This document shows positions 14,355 through 27,384 of a stretch of DNA of 64,000 nt, piece by piece. Where the stretch lies: NCBI GenBank assembly GCA_964270895.1, contig OZ185438.1; one strand, given 5' to 3'. How positions within the stretch are numbered: position 1 is the first letter of the stretch; every line of letters starts with the position of its first letter. The notes under the pieces are model-generated. The model had not been told where the DNA came from. It made no database searches and worked only from the letters and a program-made list of their open reading frames with translations. The position numbers were made by a program, and so were the translations under genes. Origin of the DNA: Podarcis filfolensis (lineage: Eukaryota).

Positions 14355-14446
14355 GGGCTTCCCAAGGGCATCTGGTTGACCACTGTGGCAACAGAATGCT
14401 GGACTAGATGGGCCTTTGGTCTGATCCAGCAATGCTCTTCTTACGT
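14355..14446 (+). mobile_element. CR1-type LINE 3' end
   Basis: gggcatctggttgaccactgtgg...tggactagatgggcctttggtctgatccagca.tgctcttcttacgt matches a squamate CR1 3' UTR as I recall it. Confidence 0.6.
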
Positions 14447-14675
14447 AGTTTTGCTTCTAAGGAATCTTTGTTTAGCATTGTTTGAACCAAGAATCCTAGT
14501 TTTAAACAAACTCTCCTGAGGTTAAGACAAACCCTAGTTTATGAAGCTGTCTTGCTAAATTTACCAGAGGTAATTTTAAACCAGGGTGTCTAGTCTGAAC
14601 CTGAAACTAAGTTGAGATTTCTTACAGATGAAACTAAACTCTGCTTGAAGTACCCATCAGCCATGTGTGGGGGGG

Positions 14676-14754
14676 GATGATTCCTGCATTGCAGGGGGCT
14701 GGACTAGATGACCCTTGGGGTCTCTTCCAACTCTACAATTCTCTGATTCTATGA
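14676..14754 (+). mobile_element. CR1 LINE 3' end with ATTCTRTG-type tail
   Basis: ggactagatgacccttgggg.c.cttccaactctacaattctctgattctatga. Confidence 0.8.
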
Positions 14755-14998
14755 GCCCTATGCTTTGGTTGAGCTCATTTGAGGCTTGTTCAAATAATAA
14801 TGAACCATGATTTACCATTATATTGCAGACACAACTACTGTTTGACATCTTCTGTTGGTAGACTAGTTCACAAAGCTGTTATCAGATTTATTTATTTTTG
14901 TTTGTCTCTATTAAATCTTAAATTGAAACCATTTTTTCATTTCTATGTACTTTCCATTATTATTTAAGTGAAGAAGATTTGTGACTGAGAAGATAGTA

Positions 14999-15010
14999 GT
15001 AGTAGTAGTA

Positions 15011-15060
<50 letters not shown>

Positions 15061-16899
15061 TTATTATTTGTACTCCGCCCATCTGGCTGGGTTTCCCCAG
15101 CTACTCTGGGCGGCTTCCAACAAAGATGAAAAATACACTAAAATGTCACATATTAAAAACTTCCCTGAACAGGGCTGCCTTCAGATGTCTTCTGAATGTC
15201 AGGTAGTTGTTTATCGCTTTGACATCTGATGGGAGGGTGTTCCACAGGGCGGGCGCCACTACCGAGAAGGCCCTCTGCCTGGTTCCCTGTAACTTGGCCT
15301 CTCGCAGTGAGGGAACCGCCAGAAGGCCCTCGGAGCTGGACCTCAGTGTCCGGGCAGAACGATGGGGGAGGAGACGCTCCTTCAGATATACTGGACCGAG
15401 GCCGTTTAGGGCTTTAAAGGTCAGCACCAACACTTTGAATTGTGCTCGGAAACGTACTGGGAGCCAATGTAGGTCTTTCAAGACCGGTGTTATATGGTCT
15501 CGGCGGCCGCTCCCAGTCACCAGTCTAGCTGCCGCATTCTGGATTAGTTGTAGTTTCCGGGTCACCTTCAAAGGTAGCCCCACGTCGAGCGCATTGCAGT
15601 AGTCCAAGCGGGAGATAACCAGAGCATGTACCACTCTGGCGAGACAGTCTGCAGGCAGATAGGGTCTCAGCCTACGTACCAGATGGAGCTGGTAAACAGC
15701 TGCCCTGGATACAGATTTGACCTGTGCCTCCATGGACAGCTGTGAGTCCAAAATGACTCCCAGGCTGCGCACCTGGTCCTTCAGGGGCACAGTTACCCCA
15801 TTCAGGACCAGGGAATCCTCCACACCTGCCCGCCTCCTGTCCCCCAAAAACAGTACTTCTGTCTTGTCAGGATTCAACCTCAATCTGTTAGCCGCCATCC
15901 ATCCTCCAACCGCCTCCAGACACTCACACAGGACCTTCACCGCCTTCACTGGTTCTGATTTAAAAGAGAGGTAGAGCTGGGTATCATCCGCATACTGATG
16001 AACACCCAGCCCAAACCTCCTGATGATCTCTCCCAGTGGCTGCATGTAAATGTTGAAAAGCATGGGGGAGAGGACAGAACCCTGAGGCACCCCACAAGTG
16101 AGAGCCCAGGGGTCTGAACACTCATCCCCCACCACCACTTTCTGAGCACGGCCCAGAAGGAAGGAGCGGAACCACTGTATGACAGTGCCCCCAGCTCCCA
16201 GCCCCTCAAGACGGTCCAGAAGGATGTTATGGTCGATGGTATCAAACGCCGCTGAGAGATCCAGCAGAACTAGGAAACAGCTCTCACCTTTGTCCCTAGC
16301 CCGCCGGAGATCATCAACCAGTGCGACCAAGGCAGTTTCAGTCCCATGGTGAGGCCTGAATCCCGACTGGAAGGGATCCAAATGGTCCGCTTCTTCCAGG
16401 CGTGCCTGGAGTTGTTCAGCAACCACTCGCTCAATCACCTTGCCCAAGAATGGAAGATTTGAGACTGGTCGATAATTGGCCATCGTGGCCGCATCTAAAG
16501 ATGTTTTTTTAAGAAGCGGTTTAATAACCGCCTCTTTCAGCGGGTCTGGGAAGGCTCCCTCATGGAGGGAAGCATTCACCACCCCACGAAGCCCATCACC
16601 CAGTCCTTCCCGGCTAGCTTTTATAAGCCAGGATGGGCAAGGATCCAGGAGACAGGTGGTTGGCTTCACTCGTCCAAGCAGCCTGTCCACATCCTCGGAG
16701 GTAACAGATTGGAATTGATCCCACACAACTTGACTAGACAGGACTCTAGCACTCTCCCGCCCTGGCCCTGGTCCCATGGTGGAGTCTACTTCTTCCCGAA
16801 TCTGAGCGATTTTATCTGCAAAAAACTTTGCAAAATCATTGCAGGAGATCATGTGGCCCGTACTGGGCCCCGATGTCGCAGGTGGTTCCACTAAATTGT
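14999..16899 (-). mobile_element. Young 5'-truncated L2 LINE with an uninterrupted RT-containing ORF2 segment (15146-16891), short 3' UTR and (TTA)n(CTA)n tail
   Basis: 581-codon ORF with RT motifs NYRPVSNLPFLGK, QSGFR, LLDLSAAFD, GVPQGSVLSP and YADD. The endonuclease domain is absent. Putative TSD GATAGTA at 14992-14998 and 16900-16906. Confidence 0.93.
15012..15063. repeat. (TAA)n microsatellite forming the L2 tail, preceded by (TAG)n
   Basis: Directly visible. Confidence 0.95.
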
Positions 16900-17379
16900 G
16901 ATAGTATATTAAAGAGGGGATTGAGAATTATTTTAAAAGAATTTAAAGTGAATATGATCTGAAGTCCTCACCATCTCTGACAGCTCTGTTGGAAACTCCA
17001 TTTTTTGCTGTAATTTTGTGGTCTATGATATTAACAGAGAAATGATTTACTGAATGAAGAGGTCCTTCTAAACTTGGAGTTTTGGAATTTTACCAGTGAG
17101 TCTGAACCAACATTTCAAATTTTACTGGCATTTTGTTGGCATAATAGAGCCTGTTTTCTTATTTGAATATATTCTCTGGCACTTTGGGTTGCCTAACTCA
17201 AACTTGTTCTATTCATTTGCTTCATGCAACAATACATTTCCTTTTTTTTTTAAATGCCTTCTTAGATGTTATGTTGTTAGAAGGCTTTTACCCACTTATG
17301 AATTAAAAAAAACCCCCAGTCATTTCACACACACCCCTGACTCCCCAAAATAACTCTGGGTTATATTCAGTGTAGCGCT

Positions 17380-17580
17380 AAGTAAAGCATTCCATCAATA
17401 CAAGAATTTACACTTGCACGACAGAGCTTCTCCCTCTCTTCCCACTGCGTACACCTTAAAACTATTCTAGGGGTTGCCCTAATGCTCTGGAGCAGATTTG
17501 GGGAGAGTGTGGGGTACACATGAGTGGAATCTTCCATTGTGCAAGTGTAAATTATTGTGCTGGTGGAACAAATTAGTTGT
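17380..17580. mobile_element. Decayed palindromic interspersed repeat (MITE-like)
   Basis: Inverted arms aatttacacttgcac...gtgcaagtgtaaatt. Confidence 0.5.
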
Positions 17581-19016
17581 GGGATTGACCACACAAAAAA
17601 TAGGATTTTGCATTTCAGAAATAGTCAGTAAACTCCCAACTGGGTTTAAAATCTAACTCTTTTTGTTTTATGTCTATCTTTGAATAACCTATTCCATCAG
17701 TGGGGTGCCATATCATGTGGACTTGGAAATACCGGTAGATTTGAGTGCCAGTGGTTGTGAAAAGATTGCTGAGATTCAAAACCCTGTTAGTGAATATACT
17801 CAGAAGTTGCAATAACTTTTGAGAGCATTTGTTGTCTTTTTCTTTTACATATATGTTTAAGAACTACAGAAATGTTATGAACATGGGGGGGAGCACTTTT
17901 TATTAAAACAGGTGGAAGGGGAGTTCTGTGCTAGCAGAGTGACACTAGCATCACTCTGCAGGCAACGGCCACAAGGAGACTGGCAGGGCTGGGCAGAGGG
18001 ACCTTCAAGTGGCTTGGATTGATCTTTTAAAGTGTGATCCTGTACATGATTACTTAGAAATAAGTTTAATTGTATTCAGCAGCACTTACTTCCTAATATG
18101 TATGTATTCTTTACGATTGCAGTATTAGAGTAACAGTTATGCCAGGTCTATTTATAGAACTGGAATGACTTCTCTTTTTTTAACTTGAATAAAAGATGCA
18201 ATAAAAATACAATGTATTTGATGCAATTGCTTCCAATTCTGAGTAATATATATTGTAAATGGAATAACAGAGTCTTGTACACAAGTCATGTGAAGACAAT
18301 AATTAACAAACAGCTCAAAAGAAAGATGGTAAAAGTTACTTTTGACCCTCAGGTTTTTCAACATCTGGAATGTAATGTTGCTTTTTGTAATACTTCTGCA
18401 ATACCATAAAACAGCAGGGTGCATTAATGAGAGTTTCAGTCTGAAAACCACAACATCAATGAAATTTATAGATGTCAGATCATTAACATTAGTCAAACAT
18501 AGTTTCTGTGGTTTTAGTTCCAATTTTAAGTAGGCATAATAAAAGTCATTTACTGACTATGAGCACTGAGCGTCTTTGGACTTGATGAAATTTCAGTTAA
18601 CTATGCTGAATTAAACTAATACCATTTTCAATCTATGCTATAAGCATTTTTTGTGAAAAATGTTTAATGGGCTGATGTAGGAGCATTTAAAAAGTTCTGC
18701 CTGGTTTTACTATTTTACCTGGCCTATAGAAGTTTAAATTAAACTTTAATGCTTCAACATTTTTATGTGAAATGGCAACTGGAGATTAAGCTGAAATTCA
18801 TTTTGGGTATCAAAGATTTCAGTCTCCTATTTGGTCTGGTGCTGCTGCTTCTGTTTTACTAAAATATACTATCCTTCAATATAAATTTGCAGGTTGTTTT
18901 TCATAAAGTCTAGGACACCATTATGCTTTTCAAACAATTTCTTGTGCACAGATCTTCAAAAAATGCAACAGTTTCTGAAAGCAGAAACTTTGAAAATATA
19001 AGTTAAATACCAGGAT

Positions 19017-19721
19017 CATACCCTCCAACATTTCTCAGATGAATTAGGGACATTCTATTCTCCTGCTTTTGATCTCACCATACAAATATACATTTGTCAC
19101 CTTGAGCCAATTACAACCTTTCTGTTGAACCTACCTAATAGGATTGTTGTAAAGAAAAAATGTGTGAGGGAAGGGATTGTGTATAACACCTTCCGCAGAT
19201 AAATGAAATGGAAAATTTTTTTAGCTGTAAGCTCATTGAATCCCAATGAGAATGTTCAGGAACTATTGAACTCAATGGAACTTAGTTCTGAATAAAAATG
19301 CTTAGGATTGCAGTGTAAGGTTGCACAGTCTTTACCCAACTACCTTGGTGTAAGCTTCATTGAATACAGTGGGACTTACATCTGAGTAGATAGTGTAGGG
19401 CTTAATTTACAATAAAGGAATAAACAGTCCATGTGTTTCCTTAAAAATGGCTGGCTTCTGAAGCATTGCTATTAAAGAATTTTCCTTCAAAATTATAGAG
19501 AGAGTTTTGTATGTGTATAAACATACACAGAAAGAGAGAGATAGAAAAGACTCCTGTTTCCCAGAAGGACAGTGGGGTTTCTGATCTCTCCACCACTCTT
19601 AATCAAGACAAGGAGGGGAGGAAAAAGGAAAACCAGGACATACCGCGATCATATCAGAAACTGGGATGGCTTCTGTAATTCTAGGACTGTGCCTGGGAAA
19701 TCAGAACACTTGGAGGGTATG
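19017..19721. mobile_element. Non-autonomous TIR element (CATACCCTCCAA ends) with 6-bp flanking direct repeat and composite interior
   Basis: Left end cataccctccaa, right end ttggagggtatg. CAGGAT at 19011-19016 and 19722-19727. Confidence 0.65.
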
Positions 19722-21775
19722 CAGGATGCCAAATTATTTTCCAGCATCCTTCCAACCTTGGTGAACAAATTGGTTATGTGTGATCAAGGCATATTATTGC
19801 TCAGCATATGTTTAATTCAATTTATTATGGCAAACAGATGCCAGCCCCTTGTGCTTGTTTCACTATACACTAAACAAAGTACACTAAACCTATCTTTATG
19901 CTCTCCTCTCAAATTTGTGAAGGCACTTCATAATCTTTGCGAAGGCCATATAGCTATACGTTGTGTTAATGCCAGGCCTCACTCAGTTTTCCGATCCAAC
20001 ATGCTACCCAAATCTGTTTGTGGACAATATTGTCCTGATAGTAGCCAAGCCTGAATGATCTCTCGCCGCGGCCCTTCAGTAAATATTTACATATGAAACA
20101 TTGTGGAGTTCACAATAAACAATTTGAAATCTCAACTTCTATGCTTCAATATTCCCTCAGACTCTCAACTATGACTACAACACCTTACAAGGTTTTAAAT
20201 ATGTTTGAAGTTTTTCAATGTTTCATATGCAGATGCTTAAGGGTACAAGTGCCAAGATAATGGTCTAACATTAAGAAATTGAATTTTACCCCCTTCTGGC
20301 AGAAGTCAAAGAATACTTCTTTGATGGTCCAAAACAAATTTATCATGGCTGTGGAGGGTAGCAGCTGTCAAGATGATTCTACTCCCCTAATTGACTCTCT
20401 TATTCCAAGTGCTCCCAATAAAAATTCCTTGAAAAATGCTGTTGCAATGGCAGAAATGCTGGGACTCTGTTCTACACCAGGGCAAGAGACCTAGATTAGG
20501 CCTGGCAACCATTTGTTAAAAATCAAAACAAGAGGGTCTAGGATTACCTCAAGTTAAATGGTACTAAGAGGCAGTTCATTTTAGAATCCTTCTCACTACG
20601 CTACAGGACCCTAAGGATTGTTCATGATTAAGGACGGAGTATAATCAGGAAGTTCACAATAAAATATGTGCTATTACGTTTTCATCCCATAATAATAATA
20701 AAGTTGGAACACATTTTGGGCTACAAACTTAGGGGCTGCCGCCACCGCCAGGACTTTCAGGACAGGGCTTTTGTTTTTCGAAAATGGAATGAAGAAGGAC
20801 TGTCATTCATGTGACATTTACAAAAACCATTTTACAGCTGCTCAGATTGTTACTAAACTAGAAATAGTTGGCATAAGCTGGCACCAAGACCATTTCAGCA
20901 TGAAAAAATTGATTCACCAGCAAGCAAGCAGGCCCTTCACTCCTTTTGAAAAAAATATAAATAAATACATCTGTATCATAAAAGGAGTACTTTCAATCAA
21001 CTACAAATCTTGCCATCTCAAATCTTTGAAAAGCCTATAGGAATCAAGCTTGGGGAAGGAATTGGAATGGGCCAACAGTTGTAATGTGTGGGCCAAAAAC
21101 CTCCATTATCAGTATTAGTGAAAAATAGAGAAACAACATCTAATATCTTATATAAATGTTATCTGACACCCCAGAGGTGCTGTGGTAGCAGCTTCCAAGT
21201 TCCATCACTCCAAGTTTCAAGAAGATAGTATTTATTTAGTATTTATTTATATTTTATTACCCACCCTACAGTCTAAAGTCCTGGGATTAGAAGCTTCTAC
21301 CACATGTGATCGTTATGCGAAGGTATAAACATCTTTTGCAAGACGGTCTTTAAGGAGATTGGCACAATTACCCACCCAACATTCAGTTAGTTGTGTTCCA
21401 CAATTAGCTCTGTTAATTATTTTTGACAGGGAGAACTTACTACCTAAAGAGCTTGTTACATTTATACCAGTGACATCAAGGCAACTGGTTCGCACACAAC
21501 TGGAAGAGCTTGGAAAATTTGTTGGTAGACTGTTGGCACCAATAAATCTGGTCCATAGCTCTTATGGAGAAACTTACCAAAAAAGTACAGGACATGATGA
21601 TAATGCTTTTATTGAGATTTGGTATGCATTTATTGCTTATGTAAATAAGGATGACCATGGTTTACAACAGCCAACACACATGACAATCTTTGGCAAAATG
21701 TTATTGGTTAACTCTTGCATTTTTAATTCAGGAGTGGGGAACAAGGACCAGGGATGTTTCTTCTATTTGTGTGAT

Positions 21776-21776
<1 letters not shown>

Positions 21777-21804
<28 letters not shown>
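21777..21804. repeat. (CA)n microsatellite
   Basis: Directly visible. Confidence 0.95.
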
Positions 21805-21806
<2 letters not shown>

Positions 21807-24613
21807 ACAACAAAAATAATTTAAAAACAGAAAATAACAGTTAAAGAAAATAAGCAGATGAATTATATGCTGATATAAAATAAGTCACTACCTACTGTAA
21901 CATGTCTTTATAGAATATCTGAACATGGTTGGTCTGGGTTTTTTCCTGTAAAGCTCTTAGGTATTTATAATAAATACTGTTATTGTTTATTGAACCATCA
22001 GCACATATGTAGTTTATAGTTTGAACAATAATAGGTGATTATGCATTATCATATGAAATTATTGCAGTATCAGGTGGTTAAATCTAAGCTTACGTACCAA
22101 ATATTATCCCCCCATATCTTCTTTGCTTTTTACTTCTTCCTGAATAAGAGTCCTGTCAGACTCAACAGCTTGCAGTCGAAGGTTAGCTCAAGAAAGTTAC
22201 ATATTTTTCTTCTTTCTGTACCCACATAGATATAGGACTACACTAAGGTAGTTTAGCATGTAGACTGTTTACAATCACTTCTTTCTGTTACAAAACCCTA
22301 AAACTTGTATTTTCTGAAAAGGTGGGGGGTTATAAAAATCACAAGCACTTTATTATGGTCTTGGAACTGTGTGGTAATGCCCCTAGAGTTATCTCAGATA
22401 GCATAAATAAATCTGTCTGTCTCCAGTAGTCTCAGTCTAGGTATTAGCAACTTCTCTATGTTGTATCCCTTCTTACAGAATTCACCTCCTTACAGAAACT
22501 ATGCCTTCAGTAGCACAGGAGCTCAGTCTTGTCTTAGTGTGCTCTAGTAACTCTGGCCAAACCACTTAGCAACTGCGTGTGTAGGTTTCCTTAATCACAT
22601 CATTGTTCTACAGCACTGTGTTTGGTGTCATAACTAACTTTTTTCCCTCTCCTGATTTGTCTCCCTCAGATTTGTAACGTATGACTTGCCTGTTATGTGG
22701 AGCCTAGACAGTTGCTTCAGCTATATTTATAATCTGTCCATAGCACCATTTCCAGATTTAAGTTACATTTCCTTTTATGTAACATGAATGTGGTATTGAA
22801 GCTGAAGCAGTTTTTGACTCTTACGTGCAGAGTTTCTAGAAGACAATATTAAACTTAAATGGTTACAAAGAACCTCTCTCAGATTCTTTCTGCCAGCTCC
22901 CAGCACAAGTAAAATACGGTTTTAACGGCAACAGTTGATGGTAGACAGTCTCAATAAGCAATTCATGGTGGCCAAGAGAAACAATTATCAGGCTGCACTT
23001 TTAATATATAATGGAAGTGGGACTGGCAAAGAGATACTCTGGCCATTGCTTAGAAAAAGGACTATTGCTGATATTTGCATTAAAGGGAGGAGAACATTGC
23101 GTTACCACTCCTGTGGCTCAAATACTTTTTTTGCCTTTTAACTTACTCTTTTTGCAGTTAGGTGAACAACTGAGCCATTGTGGAAAGATGTTCAGAAATC
23201 TTTTGGATCATGTTTTGTGTTCTTTATGCATCCTCTATGTAACCTATTTATAAAACATTATTCTTGAAAGCCAAGCAGGAGTGAATTAGGAAACGCCCTC
23301 AGGAACCATTGGCACTAACCACTGTTGGTTCCCAGTATGCAGCAGAGGGTGTATTTGTGCTTACAATTCTGCTTTTCCTGACTGTCATTAGCTCAATCCC
23401 AGAGTTTTTAAGTCCTTGTATCTTCCAAAATTCAGAAAAAGTAATTCTATAATATGTTATAAGCAGAGGCAAACCTAGGGGCTGGCAAAACCAACCACTG
23501 CCAGAGGTGCCAGCTCTGGGGAGATGCAAAATTCACCTCTCAGACTATGGAATATATGACGTGTATGTGTGTGGTGATATGCTGCCGCTGTTGCAGCGAG
23601 ATCAAACACAGGGGAAGCGTCCCATCTTTCTTGCACTACAGCACAAAGGCGTTTGAATTTTGTTGCCCTTTCTCCTCGCCTCATCCTCATTCCAAACACT
23701 TGAGTACTCATAAAAATGTAGTAATTTCTAATGTAGATATTGCAGTAAAGTGTTTTTGGGGGGGGCACTGATATAGATCTTGCTGGGGGGGGTGCCAATA
23801 CAGTCTTTGGTTGTAAGTATCTCTGCATTATATTAAATGGAAATTCTCCACATTAAAAGGGTCTATCAAAGCTTTAATAGTTTAAGCCCTGACCAATATG
23901 TCATAGCATGCTTTTTTCTGCTAACATGCAAAGAAAAGAAAAGAAAACCATATCACTATTTAGTGCTACTTATTACCAAGGCAACTTAAACAATATTCTC
24001 ATAGCAAGATTTATGCAAGTCAACATTGGCTCATTTGGTGGTGTTTGAATATGCTTTAGTTTCTACTTATCCCCTGTAGGAAAACTGTATTCTTTTAAGT
24101 GAAACAATTTTAAAAGCAGAGCACAAGCCTAAAATAAGCTAGTGTTCTCTAGAGTTCTCAGAAGGTGTAGATTTATTTACTGTAGTTAAATCATAATTAG
24201 TTCTCAAGGGATAGTGTCTCTCTTAAACTGCTTTATTGCCACCATACTGGTTTTCTAAATAATCAGAAACTGCTGCTGTTGCTGTATTCAGGAGTATAGT
24301 CATGAATTTGCTATAAGTAGTAACAAATGTTAGAAATTGCTGGTTGTCACATATGGAAGATAGTGAAACACTTTAGTGAGAATAAGCACCTCAAAAAGAA
24401 ATGTAGGAAGTGCAGCTACTTGATTGAAATATATCCTGCTGTTATAGATTTGATATTTTCATTGCAACATTTTTCTATATGTTTTGCCTTTCCCTTTGTT
24501 TTAACATTTTTGACCTGAAGCTGAAATGATAATGTAACAAAAATTATAAATCTAATGTTTATATGAAAGCCACACATTGTTCTAATAGGAGTTTTCCTTT
24601 TTACAATTTGCAG

Positions 24614-24681
24614 GTTGATGTACAAGGTGCCACAGGAAATAGGTCTGATTGCGATTGCGGTTCAACAAACTCAAGGGAAAG
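24614..24681 (+). CDS. HLCS: HLCS internal coding exon (68 bp), start of the BPL catalytic region
   Basis: Bounded by ttgcag|G and AG|gtatgt. Translates (G)LMYKVPQEIGLIAIAVQQTQGK(G), matching human [23 protein letters not shown]. Confidence 0.95.
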
Positions 24682-25380
24682 GTATGTTGGTGTAATTCTG
24701 ATGTCAGCAATACAAGTTCATGAATTGGAAATAATCATCTGCATTGAAGATTACAATTTTAAATAGCTAAAATAGCTGTGTGAAAGAGTGTGTGAAACCA
24801 TCCCGAGTTGTTAGTAAGCACTTTTCTGACTCTGTATTTTCATCCAATTGGGGTTTTCATAGATGCTTTTCAGGGAAGCCAAATGCAATCTCACCACACC
24901 CCAGTTCCGTGACAGAGAACTACTACCAGCTGTATGCTTTTCTTGGCATGACAAATATATACCACAAAGTTGTTCTTTTCAATGTATCTTTTTTAAAAAA
25001 CAACAACAACTAGGTGGTATTTAATATGAAAAATTATAAAACCTATCCTTTGATAATTATGTATTTAAGCATGGATCTAATCCATTGACTGGATTGTTCC
25101 TGTTTTTAATCTTCATTTCTCTTCTCTTTTGGCCAGAGTAGACATATTGACAGTAGACATACATACATTTCTTATTGCTACAACTTACGGTGTAAGCAAA
25201 TCACATGTATATGATTTTTTACTTGTGAATTAAAAACAGAAAGAAACAATGTAAAAACTTTAAACCATCAATATATTAGAACGCCTTCAAAATATTTCAT
25301 TAGATTTTCTCAGTGAACTGATGAAGCTTTCTTTTTATATAACAAAATAAAACTTTCACAAAATACTTTGTTTTTTTAAG

Positions 25381-25541
25381 GCCGTGGTGGGAATGCTTGG
25401 CTGAGTCCTGTGGGAGCTGCTTTATCAACTCTACATATCACCATTCCTTTATCTTCTGAACTGGGACGAAGAATTCCTTTTATTCAGCATTTGGTTTCTC
25501 TAGCAGTTGTAGAGTCTGTTAGATCCATACCTGGATACCAG
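25381..25541 (+). CDS. HLCS: HLCS internal coding exon (161 bp) with biotin-binding GRGG loop
   Basis: Bounded by tttaag| and CAG|gtattg. Translates [54 protein letters not shown]. Confidence 0.96.
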
Positions 25542-26699
25542 GTATTGTATTTGCGTGTTTCCTATTCCATTATTTTTACGCTTTTTTGACCTAAAATGAC
25601 TTGAGTATATAATTGACATTCCCACTTAGCATCATTCAACTATCAGAATTTGCCCCCAGGCAAATTTGATTTTGCCCCCAGGTAATTTTTTTCTCTTCAT
25701 GTGTATGATTGCTGTTTCCATAATGAACCCCCCAAAAAGTAAGTTAAGACTAGCAACCCATTCTGGTTTACTGTATTATACCTGAGTTTCTGTAATGAAG
25801 ATTGATGTGCCTCTTGGTCTTACTCCTGGACTTTGTTTTATTTTTGTTATAAAACTGATGAGAGGAACTGAGAAAAGAAAAAATAATAAGATTTGCAATT
25901 GCCTCTTAGTTGGAGCTGTTTCACTAGCCACTTCATTCCTTCTTTCTTTTTCCACTTCTTGTTTAACATTGAAAATGTTTGCCCCAAGCTCGGAAGCAAG
26001 AGGCTAACCATATCCTCTCAGGGGGGAATCAAGTGTCCTGTCATCAATGCTCAAATTACAAACCAATCTTCTTTAGCACCTCATCAGTTTCCTTTGAATG
26101 TAACCAATTCATAATATTGGCTAACTGTAAAACATTGGTATTTTACAGGACTAGTCAATGAAAACATGTGTTTCCTATATTACACAAAATCAGTGACTTG
26201 AGCACATTTACACATGAATTTCATTAGAGTGGTACCCAGTAGCCTTTCATATAGTTTAACGGTTGTCTTCTATTAACACTTCCCAACTTCAGGACTTCAT
26301 AAGTTGACTGTAAAAATGCTTCACAATGGAATGTAAAATAAAATATAGTGGTTTGGAGTATTAACTGTTTAATGTAGGAGTCCCCAAAAAGAAAAGGAAT
26401 ACTTTACAGGGATAATTCAATCTCATAAATACATTAGTTGTCAGACACAGTACAACTGAATAGCAAATCTTCCCTTTAGAAGTCTGTTGTACTTTTTTGT
26501 TGTTTTCTCTGATATGTTCAGTAACTTTTCATAAATAAGTCTCTAGATTAGTGCACTTGGATCTTTGTTCAAATAGTTCAACAACTATTTTTCCAGGTGT
26601 GCAGGGGAGAGCAAAGGACATTGGTCCCACAGACTTTGCACAATACTGATACCATCCAGTGTCTTAATATAGCACATTACAGGTTCTTTCAGATTACCT

Positions 26700-27070
26700 G
26701 TTTATTGAACATTCTCCTGAAGAAAGGATCTCCAATCAGACATTATACTTGATCTCAAGCCAAATACACTGAAATGTCAAGTCTTTGCTTTGTCATCAGT
26801 TCTATCCAGGACAGACTCCTGTGCTCCCATCCAGTATTTAAGAGCTTCCTTCAGGGAGCATCTCTTTGAAGCCCTCTGGTCATCCACAGGTTTCTCTCCT
26901 GGAATGGACATGGTCTTCTATGTTCTCCCACAGCCCCTCTGCTTCCTCAGTCTCTCTGCCTCCTGTTCCTTAAGGCAGATTTCTTCATTGCTATCACCCC
27001 AACAAGTAGGGTGACTGAACTCAACATACCTTCCATCAGAAGCTAGCCCTACATGTTCCAAAACTTTTTA
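26700..27070 (+). mobile_element. Decayed DIRS-like retrotransposon, tyrosine recombinase fragment
   Basis: LDLKPNTLKCQVFALSSVL / frameshift / SHPVFKSFLQGASL*SPLVIHRFLSW...LKADFFIAITPTSRVTEL, resembling the DIRS YR GLxPNTLxxQVxALS, HPxxxxFLRG and FLxAITSARRVSEL segments. Confidence 0.65.
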
Positions 27071-27249
27071 CCCCACTAAATATACCTGTACATGCTAGAT
27101 TTCAAGACGGGGACTCAAAACCTACATCCAGAACACAGTAACATTCAGATAAATGGGCAGCCTGTACTACCACACTAGGTAGAAAAGTCTCTACTTCATC
27201 TCTGGTGAGATGGATAAAAGTTGTTGGTTATGAGGCCCATCTTTTAGCA

Positions 27250-27384
27250 CAGGCTACTCAACCTCGCCTCTCCAGATGTTTTGAGACTACAATTCCCATC
27301 ATCCCTGACTACTGGTCCTGCTAGCTAGGGATCATGGGAGTTGTAGGCCAAAAACATCTGGAGGGCCAAGGTTGAGGAAGCCTT
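27250..27384. mobile_element. Palindromic hAT MITE with 8-bp TSD
   Basis: TIR caggctactcaacct...aggttgaggaagcctt. TSD ttttagca / ctttagca (7/8). Confidence 0.85.

Noticed and set aside
14981-15229. ORF with poly-Val/poly-Ile
   Set aside because: Translation of the antisense L2 (TAG)n(TAA)n tail.
15207-16894. Several 60-130 aa ORFs overlapping the L2 ORF
   Set aside because: Shadow frames of a GC-rich RT sequence.
17934-17959. 9-bp-stem hairpin gcagagtga/tcactctgc
   Set aside because: Too short to support a pre-miRNA or ncRNA call.
21359-21844. 161-aa ORF in the HLCS intron
   Set aside because: TTG start, runs through (CA)n (HTHTHT) and has no recognisable domain.
23011-23253. ORF containing QLG, checked as the upstream HLCS exon
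   Set aside because: It does not continue as QLGKVILFAEVT...LLDG. That exon appears to lie outside the window.
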